This document shows, piece by piece, positions 29,255 through 38,116 of a stretch of DNA of 64,000 nt. Origin of the DNA: Candidatus Campbellbacteria bacterium (GTDB lineage Bacteria; Patescibacteriota; Minisyncoccia; Phycocordibacterales; CSBR16-193); NCBI GenBank assembly GCA_007117035.1, contig SKHG01000054.1:1060-65059 (forward strand), written 5' to 3'. The translations under genes were made by a program, and so were the position numbers. The notes beneath the pieces were generated by a model, which was not told where the DNA came from, ran no database searches, and worked only from the letters and a program-made list of their open reading frames with translations. Every line of letters starts with the position of its first letter. The first letter of the stretch is position 1.

Positions 29255-29716
29255 TTACGACTTTTCCTGTTTTGGTAAACTACCACCAGCCTTCTTTATC
29301 TTTTCACCAGCTGAGGCTGAAAAGATACATCCGTCAACATTAATTTTTTTGGTAATACCACCATTACCTAGAATCTTTATAGCCTTACGGTCATTTTTCT
29401 TGACCAATCTCTTTTCTACCAGAGTTTCTCTAGAAACAGTTTCGCCTGCTGCAAAATTTTTATCTATCTCAGAAAGATTCAAGATAGTAAATGTTATTTT
29501 TCTACCCTTAAATAAATGACCTCTCAGTTTAGGAACTGATTTAATAATATCTCTAACTGCTGGTCTTATTCCAGTTCCAGCTCTAGCTTTTTGCCCTTTG
29601 TGTCCTCGACCTGAAGTCTTACCCCTTGATCCTCCTCGACCAACTCTTTTTGCTCTAGGTCCTGTTCTTTTTGGTTTTAAATCGTGAATTTGCATATTAT
29701 TATTTATTCTCTTCAA
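29255..29716 (-). CDS. rplO: 50S ribosomal protein L15
   Basis: 153 aa. Gly/Arg-rich N-terminus, L15 blocks. Lies upstream of secY. Confidence 0.85.
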   Translation of the reverse strand: MKRINNNMQIHDLKPKRTGPRAKRVGRGGSRGKTSGRGHKGQKARAGTGIRPAVRDIIKSVPKLRGHLFKGRKITFTILNLSEIDKNFAAGETVSRETLVEKRLVKKNDRKAIKILGNGGITKKINVDGCIFSASAGEKIKKAGGSLPKQEKS

Positions 29717-30299
29717 TCAACTTCAGACTAGAAAGCGCTTCGATGGCTGCCCGAGCGTTGTTAAAAGGATTTTTACTTCTAGAAAAAATCTTAGCACTGA
29801 TATCAGTCACTCCAGCCAAGACAAGGACGGTTCGAACAGAACTTCCAGCAATAACACCTTTACCTTTTGCTGGTTTAATCAAAATATCAGATGCGGTGTA
29901 ACGAGCCCTAACTTCATGTGAGATACTCATTTCTTCTGTTAAATTCAACTTAACCATTTTCTTTTTAGCATCGTTGTAGGCTTTTTCGATTGCCAAAGCT
30001 GTGTCTCCAGCCTTACCCATTCCAACTCCAACAGATCCTTTCTTGTCACCGATAACAATAGAAACACTAAAACCAAACCGTCGTCCTCCTGCCATAACTC
30101 GAGTTACTCTTCGTATACTAATGATTTTCTGAGCAAACTCAGATCTTTGTTTACGAGGTGCTCCACGTCGTCCTCGAAATGATTGTCTGCGATTATCATT
30201 TCCACCTGCTGGATTATTAGCTCCAGTATTTCCACCAAAATTTTGGTTAGGTTTAGGGCTTGTTGTGTTTTTGTTTTCTGTTGTTTCTGTAGTTGTCAT
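29700..30299 (-). CDS. rpsE: 30S ribosomal protein S5 (with ~55-aa low-complexity N-terminal extension)
   Basis: 199 aa. S5 dsRBD and C-domain blocks (GGRRFGFSVSIVIGDKKGSVGVGMGKA). Confidence 0.85.
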   Translation of the reverse strand: MTTTETTENKNTTSPKPNQNFGGNTGANNPAGGNDNRRQSFRGRRGAPRKQRSEFAQKIISIRRVTRVMAGGRRFGFSVSIVIGDKKGSVGVGMGKAGDTALAIEKAYNDAKKKMVKLNLTEEMSISHEVRARYTASDILIKPAKGKGVIAGSSVRTVLVLAGVTDISAKIFSRSKNPFNNARAAIEALSSLKLIEENK

Positions 30300-30305
30300 A
30301 ATTTT

Positions 30306-30656
30306 TTAAAAAATAAGTCCGTTTTCACGAGCACTGTCTGCCAAAGCTTTAATCTTGCCAGTATATATAAAACCACCTCGGTCAAAAACTACTTTCTCAA
30401 TTTTTTTTGCCTTAGCTTGTTTGGCAATTTCTTTACCAACAGCTTTAGCGCCTTCAATGTTTCCACCAACCCCCAAGACCTTAGAAGAAGTTCCAACTAT
30501 AGTCTTTTGAGCTCGATCATCAATCAACTGAACAGTAAGAGCTGTGTTAGAACGATAAACAGAAAGCCTTGGCCGTTCAGCAGTACCTTTAATCTGAGAA
30601 CGGATTTTTTTATGCCGTCTGTCTCTTTTTTGTATTCTCTGTTGTACAGTTTTCAT
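30306..30656 (-). CDS. rplR: 50S ribosomal protein L18
   Basis: 116 aa. L18 blocks ([22 protein letters not shown]). Confidence 0.85.
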   Translation of the reverse strand: MKTVQQRIQKRDRRHKKIRSQIKGTAERPRLSVYRSNTALTVQLIDDRAQKTIVGTSSKVLGVGGNIEGAKAVGKEIAKQAKAKKIEKVVFDRGGFIYTGKIKALADSARENGLIF

Positions 30657-30688
30657 ATTATCTAAATAAAGTCTATATTATATTGAAT

Positions 30689-31225
30689 CTAAGCTGATTT
30701 CTTACCTTGCTTCATCTTAACAACCTCACCTTCGTATCTAATTCCCTTTCCTTTGTAAGGTTCAGGTTTTTTAATTGCCCTAACTTTTCCAGCAAACAGT
30801 CCAACCATTTCTTTGTCGACTCCTGATACAGAAATAAGGTTTTTTTCAGCTGTGACAGTCAAACCTTCTGGAATCTTAACAGCGACTGGATGTGAAAAAC
30901 CGACAGAAAGAACCAACTCAGAACCTTTAACTTCTGATCTATAACCAACACCCTGAACACTGAGCTTCTTTTCAAAGCCTTCAGTAACACCTTGAACCAT
31001 ATTAGAAACATGAGAAGAGTAGGTTCCCCACAGTGCTTTTGTTTTAATATCATTTTTCTTAGGAACAAAGGAGATCTCCTTGTCATCAATTTTAATCTCG
31101 ATAACAGAATTAAATCTTCTCTCTAAGCTTCCTTTTGGACCAGTTACGGAAAAAACCCCATCTTCAGAAATTGAAGTAGTTACTCCGGCCGGTATTTGTA
31201 GTATCTGTTTTCCTATTCTAGACAT
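30689..31225 (-). CDS. rplF: 50S ribosomal protein L6
   Basis: L6 blocks present. The start is set at the internal Met (MSRIGKQ, ATG at 31225). The longer ORF-track start at 31288 would overlap rpsH. Confidence 0.85.
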   Translation of the reverse strand: MSRIGKQILQIPAGVTTSISEDGVFSVTGPKGSLERRFNSVIEIKIDDKEISFVPKKNDIKTKALWGTYSSHVSNMVQGVTEGFEKKLSVQGVGYRSEVKGSELVLSVGFSHPVAVKIPEGLTVTAEKNLISVSGVDKEMVGLFAGKVRAIKKPEPYKGKGIRYEGEVVKMKQGKKSA

Positions 31226-31232
31226 ATTATAA

Positions 31233-31628
31233 TTACCAAATTTCAAAAAGGACCTCGCCACCAACTTTTTCTTGCTTTGCCTTATCACCCGAAAGAACTC
31301 CTTTAGGAGTTGAGATTACAACCCGACCTAGACCACCACGGACAGGACGGATATCCCCAAAACCCTTATAAACTCTAAGGGATTGCTTAGAAACTCTTTT
31401 AGCACTGCTTATTGTTGGCTTTCCTTCTTTGTCATAGTTTAACTCAACCTCGATAAACCTTCGACCCCCGCGATTCTTAATCTCAACAGATCCCACAAAC
31501 CCTTCCTGCTGTAAAACTGAAAGAGAGGAGAAAAGAATATTAGAGTGAGGAATTAAAACAGAACTCTTTCCGGCGGAACCGGCGTTTCTTAACTTTGCTA
31601 GCATATCTGCAATTGAATCAGTAGACAT
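31233..31628 (-). CDS. rpsH: 30S ribosomal protein S8
   Basis: 131 aa. S8 blocks (DSIADMLAKLRNA, GGLGRVVISTPKG). Confidence 0.9.
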   Translation of the reverse strand: MSTDSIADMLAKLRNAGSAGKSSVLIPHSNILFSSLSVLQQEGFVGSVEIKNRGGRRFIEVELNYDKEGKPTISSAKRVSKQSLRVYKGFGDIRPVRGGLGRVVISTPKGVLSGDKAKQEKVGGEVLFEIW

Positions 31629-31638
31629 ATTTAAAAAA

Positions 31639-31824
31639 TTACCAAGATGACTTCTTTATTCCAGGGATTTTACCCTCATTAGCCATTTCTCTAAAACAGA
31701 TACGGCATATATCAAAATCTCGCATATAACTTCGCTTTCTTCCACAAGCCGAGCAACGACGAACAATCCGACAGCTAAACTTCGGTTTTTTAAGCGATCT
31801 TGCTATTACTGATTTTTTTGCCAT
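31639..31824 (-). CDS. rpsN: 30S ribosomal protein S14 type Z (zinc-binding)
   Basis: 61 aa. CSAC...CRIC zinc ribbon. Typical type-Z length. Confidence 0.9.
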   Translation of the reverse strand: MAKKSVIARSLKKPKFSCRIVRRCSACGRKRSYMRDFDICRICFREMANEGKIPGIKKSSW

Positions 31825-32230
31825 ATTTACTGTTCCCTATAATTAGAAGCGTTACTTAAACCAATTCAAGTAATGATCCATAAACACTTCGAAAAAACAA
31901 AAACGCTCTATCGACAGCGTTGACCTATGGTACCAAGATAGAGGTTCGGTGTCAACGACTACAATCAAAAAACTGTACTTAAAACAATACCCAGCTTTTA
32001 TACACAATATATTACCAAAACAAAAACATAAAAAAGCTTTGCGTTTGTTAAGTATTTAGGCTACCATATATATAATGGTTCGATACCTGAAATTGATTCA
32101 TCTCTGGCCAAAGTTGGAAATAAATCCTAAAGGCCAACAAATTGACAGCTCGACTGTTTCAAATTTTTTATTTTTAAACCTCGTTCATATTTGATCGGGG
32201 TTTTTATTATTTAGTTTTTCTGTCAAAAAT

Positions 32231-32932
32231 ATGAACTTAATTAAAGTAATACCTCCCTTCATCATACATGCATTTGTAAAACCTAGTTTTTATCTTATGA
32301 TGAAATTCTTTTGCCGACTTGAAGTTCATGGTCGAGAAAATCTCCTAAAAAACAAAAAAATGATTTTGGCGCCAAATCATGTCAACGAGATCGATGCAGT
32401 TATCACCGGATCAGCTATACCATTACGATATCTGCGATTCCTGCCTATATTTTTTACCTCTTTACCAGGAGAGTACTATAAAGACCGAAATAAATTCGGG
32501 TGGCGATCATATCTATACAAAGAATGGTTCTTTAAGGTTTTAGGATCCTATCCAATAAAGAAAAATGTTAAAAACTATGCTCAATCATTAGAAAAACACA
32601 TTAAAATTTTACAAAGAGGATACAGTGTTTTGATCTTCCCAGAGGGAAAGATGGGAAATAACGAGGAACCCGGTGAAGTTCATGGAGGAGTGGCATACGT
32701 TGCCGAAGCAACCAACTCCAAAATCATACCCATACAAATCAAAGGTCATCTTAAAATGGGTTTCTTGGATTTCTTTCTACGCAGAAGAAAACTTTATGTA
32801 TATTACGGTAAACCAGTTGATATAAAGCCACTACTTGAAAGAAGGTCTGATCAACCGGTTGAGATTAGGTACCGAGAGGCTGTTAAAGAGATGTTGTCTA
32901 ACTTTAGAGACGACATCTCACTGAATAATTAA
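32231..32932 (+). CDS. Lysophospholipid/1-acylglycerol-3-phosphate O-acyltransferase (PlsC family); OlsA-like
   Basis: 233 aa. HX4D motif NHVNEID and the FPEG motif (LIFPEGKMG), diagnostic of PlsC-family acyltransferases. Confidence 0.65.
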   Translation: MNLIKVIPPFIIHAFVKPSFYLMMKFFCRLEVHGRENLLKNKKMILAPNHVNEIDAVITGSAIPLRYLRFLPIFFTSLPGEYYKDRNKFGWRSYLYKEWFFKVLGSYPIKKNVKNYAQSLEKHIKILQRGYSVLIFPEGKMGNNEEPGEVHGGVAYVAEATNSKIIPIQIKGHLKMGFLDFFLRRRKLYVYYGKPVDIKPLLERRSDQPVEIRYREAVKEMLSNFRDDISLNN

Positions 32933-33032
32933 ACTTATCCACAACACTCACAAAAACACTTATAACTAGCCAGTTTTGCAACTTTGGTCACAAGGGTGTT
33001 AGAATACCTGCTTACTAAAATAATATTAAGCA

Positions 33033-33761
33033 ATGCTCTTTAAAGAAACTGTCTTCAAACTAAAACTCGACCTAACTCTCCTCATTTTATCTGCCTTAGG
33101 TTTTAGTTTCTTTACCTGCCAAAGCAAAGAAGATCGGAAGACATCATATAAACTACGCTATGAGATCTATGGCCGGGAAGGTTATATAAATCCTGATGCA
33201 TATCTAGACAACCTAATGACTGACGAGTTCGACAAAAACTCTATCCAGATATTAGGAACATTTCGTGGACGAGCAATAGCTACTGCCCGAATCATTCTTT
33301 CGTCAAAAAAAGGGTTCCCTGTTGAAAAACTTTTTAATATAAAAACCTATTATCCAAAAAACAAGACTGCTGAGATTTCACGACTAGGAATTCATCCTGA
33401 CTTTCGATCAAGTAACAGTAAATACTCAAGATTTGTAATGCTTGGAGTAGCTGCATTAATGTATAAAGAAAGTTGTAGGATTGGAATTGATTATTGGTTG
33501 GCAGGTATGGCTGAAAAACTAGCAGGTTCTTTCAAACCTTTTGGAGCTGATTTTGAAAAACTAAGAGAATACACTCCAACTCGAGAAAACAAAAAAGCTA
33601 GAGGATATATTGATGGCTACTTTAAAAGATCCCCTATTCATCCGTATCTAACAGAGATTCGAGAGATACCTAAAAAAGGCTTAGCTTTGAGCAGTATAAT
33701 CAAACGAAAGAAAAAACACATACCAACACTTTCTGGAAATGAGTCCCCCGTACAAAGATAG
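33033..33761 (+). CDS. GNAT-fold N-acyltransferase of the N-acyl amino acid synthase / OlsB / LuxI-like family
   Basis: 242 aa. N-terminal hydrophobic segment. The LRYEIYGREGY block resembles the RxxVF...E motif of autoinducer-synthase and OlsB-type N-acyltransferases. Assignment is by pattern only. Confidence 0.4.
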   Translation: MLFKETVFKLKLDLTLLILSALGFSFFTCQSKEDRKTSYKLRYEIYGREGYINPDAYLDNLMTDEFDKNSIQILGTFRGRAIATARIILSSKKGFPVEKLFNIKTYYPKNKTAEISRLGIHPDFRSSNSKYSRFVMLGVAALMYKESCRIGIDYWLAGMAEKLAGSFKPFGADFEKLREYTPTRENKKARGYIDGYFKRSPIHPYLTEIREIPKKGLALSSIIKRKKKHIPTLSGNESPVQR

Positions 33762-33792
33762 ATTCTATTCGATGTTTTAAATTAGGACTCTT

Positions 33793-35415
33793 CTATTTTT
33801 TGATAACAGAATTTTTATCAAAAACCGGTAGCTCCACAATAAAGTTTGAACCCTTGCCTTCGCCTTCAGATTCAATCCAAATTTTTCCACTATGTGATTC
33901 GGTAATTTTTTTAGCCAAATACATTCCAAGACCACTTCCAGTAACACTAACCTTTTGAGCACCTTCGGCTCGCTTAAACTTGACAAATAATTTTGGAATT
34001 TCCTCTTTTGAAATACCAACTCCAGTGTCCGAGACTTCCAAACGAACCTTCTTACTATCAGGGCTTGAAACTCGAACTGTGATTGAGCCTTCTAGAGTGT
34101 ATTTTATAGAGTTGTCAATAATATTACCAACAACTTGCTCAAATTTATTCTCATCAATACTAACATTGTGATTTTCCCCTTCAATCTCTAATTTTAGTTT
34201 CAGACCTTTTTCTTCGACATTTGGCCTGTATTGATCAACCATATTTTTAACAACGTCAACTAGGTTCTTCTCCTCAAAATCATACTGCATTCTACCCTGC
34301 TCCATCCTGGAAACATTTAAGAAATCATTAACAATCTTGGACAAACCTTCTGTCGAATGTTGAACAGTGACTAACGGCTCTCTAACCTCTTCTGAGATCT
34401 TTCCATAATCACCTTCCAAGACCATAGAAACATATCCACGCATTGAAGTTAAAGGGGAGCGTATTTGGTGAGTAGCCAGTGAAAGAAACTCGGTCTTTAA
34501 CTGATCCAATTCCCGCAACTTCTCGTTGGCCTTTTCCAAATCCTTGGCAAGGTTTTCGATTTTTTCGCGTTGGTGGACTTCTTTGTAAACACTACGTATC
34601 AAAAGTACTCCCAAAAGAGTTACAAAAACAAAAAACAATGCTCTCAACGTAAATTCTAATATGGAATTCGATAAAACTACTTGAATAAATAAAACAGACA
34701 CTATAAACAAAACAAGTATTTCAGTAGCCACTGTTTTTACATTAAACATCTTATGCTTAATCATGGCATATCCAAAAAAGAATGGAAAGAATCCAACCAC
34801 AAAATTTCCATATGGTGGAAAATAAACATCGTACCACAATAAAAAGTTAGTAGCTCCACCTCCATAACCAAACACTGCGCTTAGTAATAAATAAAAGGAC
34901 CTTCCTTTAATTATGACAGATTTCGATTTTACGTATTGCTTTAAAATTACTACAACAGCATAGACGGCTAAAATCAAATAAATGAAGAAAATATAAAATG
35001 TATACAAAAAACCAGGATTAGGCCAAAATTTAAAGAACAACTTTTGCTCTAAGTCAGTAATTAAATATTGGGATGAAAAAAACAAAGATAACACAATAAC
35101 ACTAATATAAGAGACGATAATTACGAACTTTCTTAATTTATTAAAATCTTTAGATAATTCAACATTCCAATGAAAGAAAAAAATTGGGATATATAGAGAA
35201 CTGACAGCTAAAACATTAGTCCAAAAGAACGCTTGGTTATAATCACTACTGTTGAGCCATTGCCAATAACTTAAAGACCATGCAGCAAAAGAAATAGTAA
35301 GAAAAAAATAAAGAAAATGTTGTTTGTCCTTATTTCCCCTAAAGAACACAAGAGTTCCAAAAATTATTGCAAATAATCCATTTATAAGAGCTGATGTAGC
35401 AAAAATTTCAACCAT
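33793..35415 (-). CDS. Sensor histidine kinase with multi-pass membrane N-terminal sensor domain
   Basis: 540 aa with about 7-8 TM helices. HisKA H-box LSLATHQIRSPLTSM. HATPase_c N, G1 and G2 boxes (IDNSIKYT, SDTGVGIS, GSGLGM). Confidence 0.8.
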   Translation of the reverse strand: MVEIFATSALINGLFAIIFGTLVFFRGNKDKQHFLYFFLTISFAAWSLSYWQWLNSSDYNQAFFWTNVLAVSSLYIPIFFFHWNVELSKDFNKLRKFVIIVSYISVIVLSLFFSSQYLITDLEQKLFFKFWPNPGFLYTFYIFFIYLILAVYAVVVILKQYVKSKSVIIKGRSFYLLLSAVFGYGGGATNFLLWYDVYFPPYGNFVVGFFPFFFGYAMIKHKMFNVKTVATEILVLFIVSVLFIQVVLSNSILEFTLRALFFVFVTLLGVLLIRSVYKEVHQREKIENLAKDLEKANEKLRELDQLKTEFLSLATHQIRSPLTSMRGYVSMVLEGDYGKISEEVREPLVTVQHSTEGLSKIVNDFLNVSRMEQGRMQYDFEEKNLVDVVKNMVDQYRPNVEEKGLKLKLEIEGENHNVSIDENKFEQVVGNIIDNSIKYTLEGSITVRVSSPDSKKVRLEVSDTGVGISKEEIPKLFVKFKRAEGAQKVSVTGSGLGMYLAKKITESHSGKIWIESEGEGKGSNFIVELPVFDKNSVIKK

Positions 35416-35418
35416 AAT

Positions 35419-36321
35419 TTATTTTTTAGCTATTAATATGCTATGAATCATCAGGGGTTCATAGTAGGAAATAATATTCTTTTTACAAAAACCAGAATTT
35501 TTTAAAAGCAACATCATTTCTTCACCAGATCTGTAAATCATTTTCCAATCTATAATATTGGTTACAAACCTTCTTTCTCTATTGTCATTTATGTTTGCAG
35601 TAATAAGTACACCGTCATCGTGTAAAACACTAAAGATATGATTAAATATTTGTAAAACTTTTTCATTAGGAAAATAATCGAGTAGACCAACCATTTCAAT
35701 TAAATCAAATTTTTTATCCTCACCCAAGGATCTCAGATAACTTCCAGCAGTATCATTTACCCAGGAAAAATGTACACGTTTTTCAAGCCCTTTTAAATTT
35801 ACCAATTTTTTACTATATTCAAGTGCGTGAATACTTTTATCCAAAAAAACAACCTCAATTTTGGATTGCAATTCATAATCTAATTCATTAAGTACTTCTA
35901 TAATTCCACGAGCAGATCCTGAAGCAATACTTAAAAATCTAACTTTTTCTTTGTTTTCCAGAATAGACAGTAAATTTATTTTAATTTCTCTTTTAGTTTT
36001 TTTAAGTCTATTCCTGACTCCTTTTGCATTATTTGTTTGAAACCAAATCTTATAAAAAAAATTTTCCAAATATGTTCTGAAATTCAATCGTGTTCCATTA
36101 TTATATAACACTTCTAAAGCGTAATATGTTGTTTTGTTCCTTATAACCTCTCCAGCTGACTTATTAGATTTTTCTATTAATCTCTTAAAAGACTTTGGTA
36201 GTGAGTTTAATACTGGAATAAACAATAAATTAATAATTTTTTTAAAGAAACTATTAGTTTCATACTTTAAATTTTTATCTTTATCTATAATTACGGTAAA
36301 ATTTCCTAATTTTTTTTTCAT
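35419..36321 (-). CDS. Class I SAM-dependent methyltransferase
   Basis: 300 aa. Motif I-like LSIASGSARG. Acidic motif II VVFLD. Motif III FDLIEMVGLLDY. Confidence 0.55.
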   Translation of the reverse strand: MKKKLGNFTVIIDKDKNLKYETNSFFKKIINLLFIPVLNSLPKSFKRLIEKSNKSAGEVIRNKTTYYALEVLYNNGTRLNFRTYLENFFYKIWFQTNNAKGVRNRLKKTKREIKINLLSILENKEKVRFLSIASGSARGIIEVLNELDYELQSKIEVVFLDKSIHALEYSKKLVNLKGLEKRVHFSWVNDTAGSYLRSLGEDKKFDLIEMVGLLDYFPNEKVLQIFNHIFSVLHDDGVLITANINDNRERRFVTNIIDWKMIYRSGEEMMLLLKNSGFCKKNIISYYEPLMIHSILIAKK

Positions 36322-36435
36322 ACTTAATAATTTATTTCATTTCTGTAATTTTCATAATTAATGAATACATATCAAATAAATTTGATAGTTAATTATAATT
36401 TATTAAATAAAAACATGTTATCAACACAACAATTC

Positions 36436-36463
36436 TACCAAATTCCACTCCAAAAAGCGAAGT
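36436..36463 (+). repeat. 28-bp perfect direct repeat, copy 1 (taccaaattccactccaaaaagcgaagt)
   Basis: Exact 28/28 match with 37450-37477, confirmed by reading the sequence. Confidence 0.8.
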
Positions 36464-36580
36464 CACTCTGAGATTGACGGGGGGTATAACATCTGTACCA
36501 TAAAATTAGATCCGATCTTTAATATCCGCGCACAGTTGTGTGGAGGGGTTGGATTGTACACTGAACGAAAGGAGTAAATT

Positions 36581-36739
36581 ATGAAAGTTATAAAAAAACA
36601 ATCCGGCATATTCTACAAATCATCTTCCTCTCAATATGTTTGGAACAGGTGCGTCGAGGTTGCTATCACCGAAAAGGTCGTCTCTGTTAGAGACTCGAAA
36701 GATCAATCAGGGCCGACTCTTCAATTCAGTCATTCTGAG
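36581..36739 (+). CDS. Small hypothetical protein (52 aa) with a strong Shine-Dalgarno site
   Basis: AAGGAG lies 7 nt upstream of the ATG. ORF is MKVIKKQSGIFYKSSSSQYVWNRCVEVAITEKVVSVRDSKDQSGPTLQFSHSE. An intrinsic terminator follows. It is below the 60-aa ORF-track cutoff. Confidence 0.35.
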
Positions 36740-36816
36740 TAGCAAGCGTTTTTGGAAGGAGTGAAAAATAACGAATTTGAACTCCAATCAATTTCAGTTG
36801 TATAAGGTATGCAACT

Positions 36817-36848
36817 CACCGCCGGATAAATGTATCCGGCGGTTTTTT
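36817..36848 (+). terminator. Rho-independent terminator
   Basis: Hairpin caccgccggata-aa-tgtatccggcgg followed by tttttt. Confidence 0.6.
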
Positions 36849-36886
36849 ATTACACCGCACTAGATGATATTTACACAACGAACGAG

Positions 36887-37426
36887 CTAACTATTCAAAG
36901 GCACAAAAGTGTTGGGCAAACTATCTGCAAAGTATTTTAGATGTCCGGCACCGCTTATTATTACTACTCGACCTTCTGATATCATTTTTCTTTTAATGTT
37001 CTGAATCATCTTTGCTTCCCGTATTTCTTCTTGTTCTTTACTAAAAATTATCTCCAGCAAAGGATGGTCTAAAAGCTCATTGAATTCCTTCCGATTAAAC
37101 TGCTTCCAAGTGTATTTTTTAATTATCTCCTCCTGTTCTTTGTGCAGTTTTCTGTACTCAGAACTTTTCGGTCCGTAACCTTCATTGAAGTACACATGGT
37201 CATCATCGACATCAAATATTTCAACCTTGATACCATTTTCCTCAGCCCAGTTATAGGCAAACAGCATTTCACTTCGGAAGCTATCTTTCTCCGCTGTGTC
37301 TTCATTTGGTTTATGGGATAACTCGACCAACGCTTGATCAGGCTGAATATTCCTTAACACTTCTTCTAATTCCAAGTGAGGTGTGTAACCTCCGTGAATG
37401 GTACCGATTATATAGATTTTTCTCAT
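36887..37426 (-). CDS. Hypothetical protein, possibly TraB/GumN family
   Basis: Likely start at MRKIYIIGTIHGG, which resembles the TraB/GumN GTxH N-terminal motif. The ORF-track start (GTG at 37462) overlaps repeat copy 2. Confidence 0.3.
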   Translation of the reverse strand: MRKIYIIGTIHGGYTPHLELEEVLRNIQPDQALVELSHKPNEDTAEKDSFRSEMLFAYNWAEENGIKVEIFDVDDDHVYFNEGYGPKSSEYRKLHKEQEEIIKKYTWKQFNRKEFNELLDHPLLEIIFSKEQEEIREAKMIQNIKRKMISEGRVVIISGAGHLKYFADSLPNTFVPLNS

Positions 37427-37449
37427 TTTTATACTTAACACCAAAACTT

Positions 37450-37477
37450 TACCAAATTCCACTCCAAAAAGCGAAGT
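37450..37477 (+). repeat. 28-bp perfect direct repeat, copy 2
   Basis: Identical to 36436-36463 and in the same orientation. Confidence 0.8.
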
Positions 37478-37495
37478 TTGTTAAGGTTTCAGGGT

Positions 37496-37538
37496 TAAAA
37501 AAACACCCAACTTTACGAATAAAGTTGGGTGTTTTTTT
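37496..37538. terminator. Bidirectional terminator downstream of rplE
   Basis: An A-run, then the hairpin acacccaacttt-acgaat-aaagttgggtgt, then a T-run. Confidence 0.55.
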
Positions 37539-37561
37539 AATTAAAGGAAAAATCTGAGAAT

Positions 37562-38104
37562 CTACTCTTTACTATCATCTGCGATTGGTAGTCCTAATTC
37601 TTTAAGAAAGACCAAAGCCTCTTCTTTGCTTTTGGCAGTAGTCACAACAGTCACAGCCATACCGAAAACATCTTTTAGTTCTTCATCTGAAGACTCTGGA
37701 AAGATAGTGTGCTCTGGAATTCCGATAGTAAAGTTGCCCATATTATCGACAGCACTCTCACGTAAACCTTGAAAGTCCTTAGTTCTTGGCAAGGCGACAT
37801 TAATTAGCTTGTCCAAAAAATCATACATCCTCTGTCCTCTCAGAGTTACTTGATGACCAACAATATCACCTTCTCTAGTCTTAAATGCTGCAATAGACTG
37901 CTTGGCTCCTCGATCTGCTGGTGTTTGACCAGTTATCTTTCGAAGACGATCAACGATCAACTCTCGCTTAGCCTTGTCAGAAATTGAACCTACTCCAACA
38001 CTTACCACCAACTTACTAACCTTTGGTGCTTGCATAATGTTCTTGTAGCCGAACTGCGCCTGCATAGTTTTAAAAATATTCTTTACTTTTTCTTTGGTAT
38101 TCAT
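37562..38104 (-). CDS. rplE: 50S ribosomal protein L5
   Basis: 180 aa. L5 blocks (NIMQAPKVSKLVVSVGVG, RGMDI-like region). Confidence 0.9.
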   Translation of the reverse strand: MNTKEKVKNIFKTMQAQFGYKNIMQAPKVSKLVVSVGVGSISDKAKRELIVDRLRKITGQTPADRGAKQSIAAFKTREGDIVGHQVTLRGQRMYDFLDKLINVALPRTKDFQGLRESAVDNMGNFTIGIPEHTIFPESSDEELKDVFGMAVTVVTTAKSKEEALVFLKELGLPIADDSKE

Positions 38105-38116
38105 AATATATTTGGA

